A DNA stretch of 64,000 nucleotides from Podarcis muralis (taxonomy: Eukaryota): contig NC_135661.1 in NCBI RefSeq assembly GCF_964188315.1, forward strand, positions 43,958,001-44,022,000. Reading direction: 5' to 3'. A program made the translations under genes and the position numbers. The notes below the pieces were generated by a model, which ran no database searches, had not been told where the DNA came from, and saw only the letters and a program-made list of their open reading frames with translations. This document shows positions 57,809-64,000 of the stretch, piece by piece; positions within the stretch are counted from its first letter, which is position 1; the number at the start of each line of letters is the position of its first letter.

Positions 57809-60407
57809 CTGGAAGGGAACACAATGGCATGAGGGCCTCCTCCCACTCCCTCTGGGTCTTTGGCAGGGCTATGAGCTCCCTGCCTCAGCCATGAACCTGA
57901 CTACTTCACTGGGCAAACCTGGCACCCTTCCAGGTCAATGCAGGACTGCCTCTTCAAACAGAAATTGGACTCAGATGTGGAGGGGGTAGAGGAGAAAGGG
58001 GCCCTTTCAGAACGCCCTCTGCAGGGAAGCTTGCCTGGGGCCACATCTGATGTCTTTCTGGTGCCAAGCAGAGACCTTTTTAAAAAAATTAGCCCAGCAC
58101 ACCATCAGGCTGGTCTCAGCCTAGCATTTAAAAAAATGATGTTATTGTTTCTGTTCTGAAGAGCCACCTCCTCACTCATGATGTGCTGACTGCGTATCTC
58201 AGTGCAATATTCAGATGAAGGTCAGTGAGAGGCAACCCCACTGGAAAGAAGCACAGACCTCTCGATGGGGATGCTTCCTCGCCTTAATTGGGAGCATCAA
58301 TGAGGAAGCAGGGAAGGTACTCCCAGCCCACGCAGCCCACAGTCACTCTTGCATTCACACACATGCCTCTTGGGAGCAGTTCTCATGACCTACAGGTAGA
58401 GGAGGCTTGGGTCAGCCATGAACTCCTGGGCAAAATGAATACAGTCATTCTGGAGGGAAGGGCGAGGAGGCTATAGGGGCCGAGAAGGCAAGGATGATGG
58501 CAACCTCCTGGACAAAGGCCAGAAATGCAGATGGAGGCACCCACTTTCCACGGTCGGAGGACCACCTGTCCTGGCAGGAGCCTCTTGGTCTGCCAGGGAA
58601 GTGTCCAAAACAGATGCAATCCAAAGAGCCTTTAGATGAAATGGACCTGTTGTGGCTCTTGGAAGCACTAACCTTCTTTGCCAGATGCAAGACAGGCCAA
58701 CGGCTTTCCACCGGGGCCCTCCCTGCCACTCCAGAAGAAGAGGAGGAAGCTGCCTTGGCTCCCCTTTTGTGGCCCTCCTGCTCTCTCTGCTCAGCCACCA
58801 AAGAAGAAGTTGTCGGCAGTGAGGTTTTAATCCCTTCCTCCTTGCCAGCTGCAGGCCCAGCGGAGGATCAATAGTGTTTAGACAGCCAAGGAGATCCCTT
58901 TCCCTCCTAAAGCACCCGATCAATAGCAGCCTTTCCCCTCCTTTTCCCCTCCCTCCACGCACGAAAGAACAAGCGTCAAATAACTGGCGCCTTTGGGCTG
59001 ATTGGGATGCCCAAAGGCAAGGAGTGGTTGCTGGCCATATGCGCCCACTGGGAATCACAGCGCAAGTCCTGGCTGCTTCAGACCCAGCAGGTCCAACGTG
59101 ACATGAGGTCTCATTTCTGGGCCAGATCCTGAATCCAGAGTGCTCCCGAGAGCTGCAGGAGTTACTTCATCCTCTGGGCTTTTCCGAACTGCAGCACGTG
59201 GGATGGGTAGCTAAGCCTCCTCAGGAAGAGGCAGAACAACATCCTCCTCATCACGTCCTTCCACAAGGAGGGCTCCAAGCCCCAGGCATCTTCTCCCCTG
59301 GTTCTCATGCTTTGTATGGGCGGACCAGTCCAAGGTAAAGGACAGGCAATGTTGTGTGAGGCTGGTGGGTCACCTGGGAGCACTGCCACTGCACCTTGTG
59401 GAGAAGGATGCTGAAAGCAGGAGGCACCTGGAGGAGCCTGCAGCGCCAAGCGAGAGGCACGTCCCACCCACCCCCCTTGCTGTGGAGCGACTCAGGCAAC
59501 GGCAAGAAGCCACCAAGGAAATCCCGCCTCCCTTTAATTGCTGCCTTCATGTTATTCTTTTCAAGGCTGTGTTAATTGAAATTAAACAGCTGCCACGTTC
59601 TGGCTGGGACAAAAGCTGTCTCTGCTCTGCTCCTTCGTGATTTAATGAAGACTGACACGCGGTGAGAAAACAACAACGGCTCACATCTTCCCAGATGCCA
59701 ACAAAGCGAGGGGGGGAACAGGGGGCTGCCCCTCCCCACCCCAAAGAACCGCATCCCTCGGTTGGAACCGCACCCCCAGGGCACAGACCACATTACCTCT
59801 GAGTTCTGGGCAGCTCTTAACACACCACCAGCCTTAAGGAAAGATGTGGGAGTATCAGGTGGCAACTGCCAGGTGCCCTGTGCTTGCCATGCCAGGCACA
59901 GACCTGTGAACTACATCCTCAGGTGTGCTGCTGCTGGCTTGTGCCATCGCTCCCTGGTGTGTCCTCTTGGGAGGATGGAGCCTGTGTGGTTCACTCATTG
60001 CCTGACCTTGAGTGCTCTTCACATCCCCAGTCAACCCCAAGCTGGGCCTCTTCTTTTCTACCAGAAGGGGTTCCCCTGTTGGCACTTAGCCAGCATCTTG
60101 GCAAGTGGGGTGGTGTCTAACCTAGGCAAGAGGGAGTCCCCTGACTTGGCCTTGGTCTGAGAGGTTGCTGCTGCTCTGTTTGGTCTGGGCAGTCCCACCC
60201 AGAGTTGTTGGCTCAGTGGGCCCTGCTTGGAACCACAGAGGCACAGGGAGCACTTTCACATCTGCCATGGACATCTGTTGCTTCTGGGCCAAAGCACACA
60301 AGGAAGGCCTTCAAGGGCCTGCTCACAGGATCACAACTTGCTGAAGGGTGAGGAAAGTGTACTGCTGTCTGCTTGGGGATTTCACCATTGTGTGGAAAGA
60401 GATAGAT

Positions 60408-60732
60408 CAGGGGTCAGCAACCTAAGGCCCATGGGCCACAAGCGGCCCATGGGGATCATTTAACCAGCCCACGGACCCCTGCCGCCCGCTCGGTCGGCTC
60501 CCATGCACTGTGCTAAACTGGTGTGGAGCAGAGTGGGGACTGCCTTCCGCGACGCTGGCCAGCTTCCCATTGGCTGCAGGAAGCTCCTGCAGCCAATGGG
60601 AAGCTGCGCACGCCTCCTCCGCACCGGAAGGAGCGCCAGAAATAGTGTTTGCATGTGCGTGAACACTCTGGCCCACTGCGGCATCTGCGGGACTGTGAAC
60701 CGGCCCAAGCCACAAAACTTTGCCAACCCCTG
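60408..60732. mobile_element. hAT-type MITE with central 21-bp hairpin
   Basis: TIRs CAGGGGTCAGCAA / TTGCCAACCCCTG. 8-bp TSD AGATAGAT (60400-60407) / AGACAGAT (60733-60740). Perfect hairpin at 60560-60606. Confidence 0.85.
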
Positions 60733-61139
60733 AGACAGATGAAGAGAGAAGCCCAGGACAAGGGTGTGGGGCACCTAGCTGGCTGGTTAGATGGTGGGCT
60801 GATCCCACCCAGGACCTTGTGTGCTTCCCGTGTCAGAGGCTGTATGAAGCCTCTGAATAACACTTACAGGGGAATCCAGGCAGGCAGAATGCTGTTGCCC
60901 TCAGGTGTACATCCCTCACAGGGCCTCTGGCTGGCCAATATTAAGAACAGAAGGCCTCCATTGGTCTGATCCAGCAGCCAGGCTCCTCTTAAACCTGAGT
61001 CTCAACAACAGACTTGGATCGTGAGCCTTTGCTACTCCTCGCGTCTTCAAAAATGGGAAGGAGAACCCCCTTCCTCCCCTCTCCTCCACAAATGGGCCTG
61101 GCAGGCACAGCACTGTTCAGCACAGCAAAATATGCAAAA

Positions 61140-61460
61140 TGACGTATGAGCACAGACCTCATTAACACCCGCCTCCAACATCATTAAGATGTTTCCAAGA
61201 AAATTAATTGAGAGACTCATTAAAAATAAATTAAGAAAAATGTGTTGCAGAGCGCTTGCTCTGAGCTCGTAAATCACAGCTCGAAGCTCCGGGCTGCTGT
61301 GCAGACAATTAACGCCGGCCAATTTGTTTTACCCTGACTGCGAAAATTAGAAAGCAGACGTGGAGATTAGATTAGGGGTGTCTGTCGAGCGGAACTCAGA
61401 GTGCATATTTTAGGATACAAAATGGAAATTAGGAAAACAACAAAGGCCGGCCAGATTTTA
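61140..61460. promoter_or_regulatory. Candidate conserved non-coding enhancer element
   Basis: Unique non-repetitive block dense in TAAT/ATTA cores, with CTCGTAAA (61266-61273) overlapping a minus-strand TGATTTAC. Lies on the presumed ZFHX3 side of PMFBP1. Conservation not tested. Confidence 0.35.
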
Positions 61461-64000
61461 GTCCATCCGAGGGGCTGATGGGCAGAGATGGGGAAGGACA
61501 GCAAGAGTCAGGCTTGGCTGGTGGAGAGCAGCCCCCCCCCCGCAAGATGGTAGCTATCAGGGGCCGATTTGTGCAGAGATACCAGCTGCCCACCACACAG
61601 CATGGAGGGAAGGGGGTTCCCAGCCCTTTGGGCTGTAAGACATGTTCCAATTCCCCCAGCAACATGAACAGAAAGAGTCTCTGTCCTGCACTCAGGCCCC
61701 TCCCAGCTCTCCAGAAAGTCAGTTACTGGAAGATCTGTAAAACAAGTCTCAGAGATCTCCAACCCCAAAGACTGCTTGATGCAGGAAGCAGGAGACCAGC
61801 CCTGGTACAGCAACTCCCACGCAGTCTAGAGAAGCACATGATCCTCTGGGCACCCCATGGGCCTTGGAACAGCACACCATGAAGTTGTTGGCTGACTTGG
61901 TACGCAAGTCAGAGAAGAAGGAAGGGGAGCAACTTGTCCTTAAGCTCAATCCTACACTCTGGCCCTTGGTCATAGCCCTTGCACAGGCTGGAAGAGGCAT
62001 TTTCCTGCCCGTCTCAGGACTGCAGCCTGACCTGAGGCTTTCAGAGGCTCTTGCAAAGTTTAAAGAATCCAGGAAGCATCAGCACAAGGAGGAGCAAGCT
62101 GCCTGTGCCAGGGAGAGGCTTGACCGAGTGCCAAGGAAGAGAGAATGGCCCTCTCACCCACCCCAACCCTGGATTGGCAGCAACCCCCAAGTACCCAAAG
62201 CAAGAAGAGAGAAGAGTGGATGTTGAAGTCATTTCTGTACTTCAAAAGTCAGGCAGCTGCCAGAGAGGCAGGCAGAGTGTTAGAGGAGGACAATGCAAAA
62301 GGAAGGAAATGGCAGAAGGTTCTCCACTGAAGGAGCATTTGAAGAGGTGACATTAAACTCAAAAAGGAATTAGAACAAATTATCTAATTAAGCATACACT
62401 TCGCAACAGAGCACTGGGGTCAGGTGGCATCAGCCCAAAAGGTGAATGGGACTGGAAGACAGCCAAACACAGCACCCATTTTTCTTTTTTTAACAAAAGA
62501 AAACTGAGGAGGAATCCAGAAAGTCCAAGGCAAACATCTACACAACAGAATTAAGCCAGATGAGATTTCATCCTGTGGTGAAAGTCTTGCTCCATCATAA
62601 TGCGCCAAGAGAAGAGGTGGACGGGAGAAATGAGCAGGTAGCATTTCCTAAGGAAAGGAGTCAGCTGTGTCATTTCAGAGAAGCCCTGAGCTCAGATCTC
62701 AGTGCCTTCCTGCCTTACACTGTGGACCACCATGGCTGGCCCAGAGCGCTGGCAGCTTAGCACTGAAGGGCCAAAGAACTGCTGTTTATTACTAAATCCA
62801 ATACTAAGGGGTGCTTGATACTCAGGCCACTGGGGGCGGGGGGTGGAAAGAATGCAGTAAGATTAGCAAGAAGTTTAAGGGGCTGTGAGCACAACCACAA
62901 CCACACACCTATAATCCCTCATTGCCTCTGGTACTCTTTGCTCGCTTCTGGCTGGTGTCTGGAAAACATTTTCAGGGCCCAGCTACAGTGGTGGAGGGTG
63001 GCAGGCAGCCCTGTGGAGCAAAAAATCTTCCTAGCAAGGGCCCCTGTTTGATGCACCCCTGGTGCATAAAAGCATAAGCAATGGGAACCTGTGCGTAGCT
63101 GCCTCCATTTTGGCTGCAGTTAGTAATTAATACAACTCTTGCCTGTCCTTTCCTGCACATTGGCAATGCTGGGGGTGGGAGGATTGGAGTTCCTGAAAAG
63201 GACAGCAGGGGTCTCCCTCAGCCTTTGCAAGCTCTGCCTCTGCTGTTCCCCCACACCCCACCGCATCCACTGCATAATTTCAAAATGGCAGCTTTTTGAA
63301 AATTCACCTTGATTGCCAGACATGAGAAGTGACTCATCCCGCAGTGACTGTCTGGCAGAGGGATGGGATCAGACAGCAGACAATGAGGGACGGGACGCAT
63401 TAACAGTGTCTATTACAGAGCTCTCAAAAATACCTTTGTTCTGTCAAAGATCCCATCATTTGCTAGTTGTGTTCCTCTGAAAGCAGGGAATTAAACACAC
63501 ACACACAGATTCTGACACACACACCCTCCCAGGGATGCTGTGGGGAGAGGGGGAAAGAGGCAATGGTGCCCCATATCTGTGGATTCTCAAAAGCCAGAAA
63601 GAAAAGACGGCAAGTTGCTCCCTGTAAATTCAGCAGCTGACAGGCACAGAATAAAAGGCAGCCATCCGCAGCTCCATTCCCACCTAGAGCAGAGTTTCCT
63701 CACCAGAGGCAGAAGACAAAACAGGGCTCATCCTCTCAGCCATTGGACCTCCTGGTAGAAGCCCAGCACTTGCCTGTCCCATTGCCCTCCCTCCTTCCCA
63801 GGGTTGGGGAGCTTCAAGGAAACCTTGACTGGGGAAGCAGTCAAAACTCACACTTGGCACCTCTGTTTTTGCAGGAAACGGCAGGCAGTTCCAAATGCAG
63901 GCATGTACACACCTCTGCCATGCCACACTGGCTGCAAGTGCATGCCTTGAGCAGTCACAGCGACACACCCCCTGGCTGGTGCTCAAAGACAGGAGGAGGG

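Overview
Vertebrate genomic DNA from a squamate reptile, probably a lacertid lizard (inferred from Sauria SINEs with (TTTACC)n tails, BovB, Penelope-like and Tigger/hAT MITE copies). It is gene-dense with many short introns and is homologous to human 16q22. Gene order: COG8 (-, exons 1-3, running off the left edge), NIP7 (+, head-to-head with COG8), TMED6 (-), TERF2 (-), DHODH (+, head-to-head with TERF2), DHX38/PRP16 (+), PMFBP1 (-), then non-coding sequence with enhancer-like blocks, probably the start of the ZFHX3 gene desert. I mapped exons by hand from GT-AG junctions, checking that reading phase is continuous. Most ORF-track entries are antisense shadows or intron read-through. The main observations are four. 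(1) TERF2 has lost the intron between mammalian exons 2 and 3, together with four residues (GENL), and has Ile at the position of F120, the TRFH residue that docks Apollo/SLX4-type YxLxP motifs. (2) PMFBP1 has an intact ~1,040-codon core plus upstream exons that keep splice sites but carry nonsense and frameshift lesions, i.e. a decaying N-terminal extension. (3) Many PMFBP1 exons are exact multiples of 21 nt (one heptad). (4) TERF2 and DHODH are adjacent, HP and TXNL4B are absent, and part of the DHX38 promoter appears TE-derived. No CRISPR array, tRNA, rRNA or snRNA gene was found. All comparisons with human proteins and gene order are from memory, not database searches.
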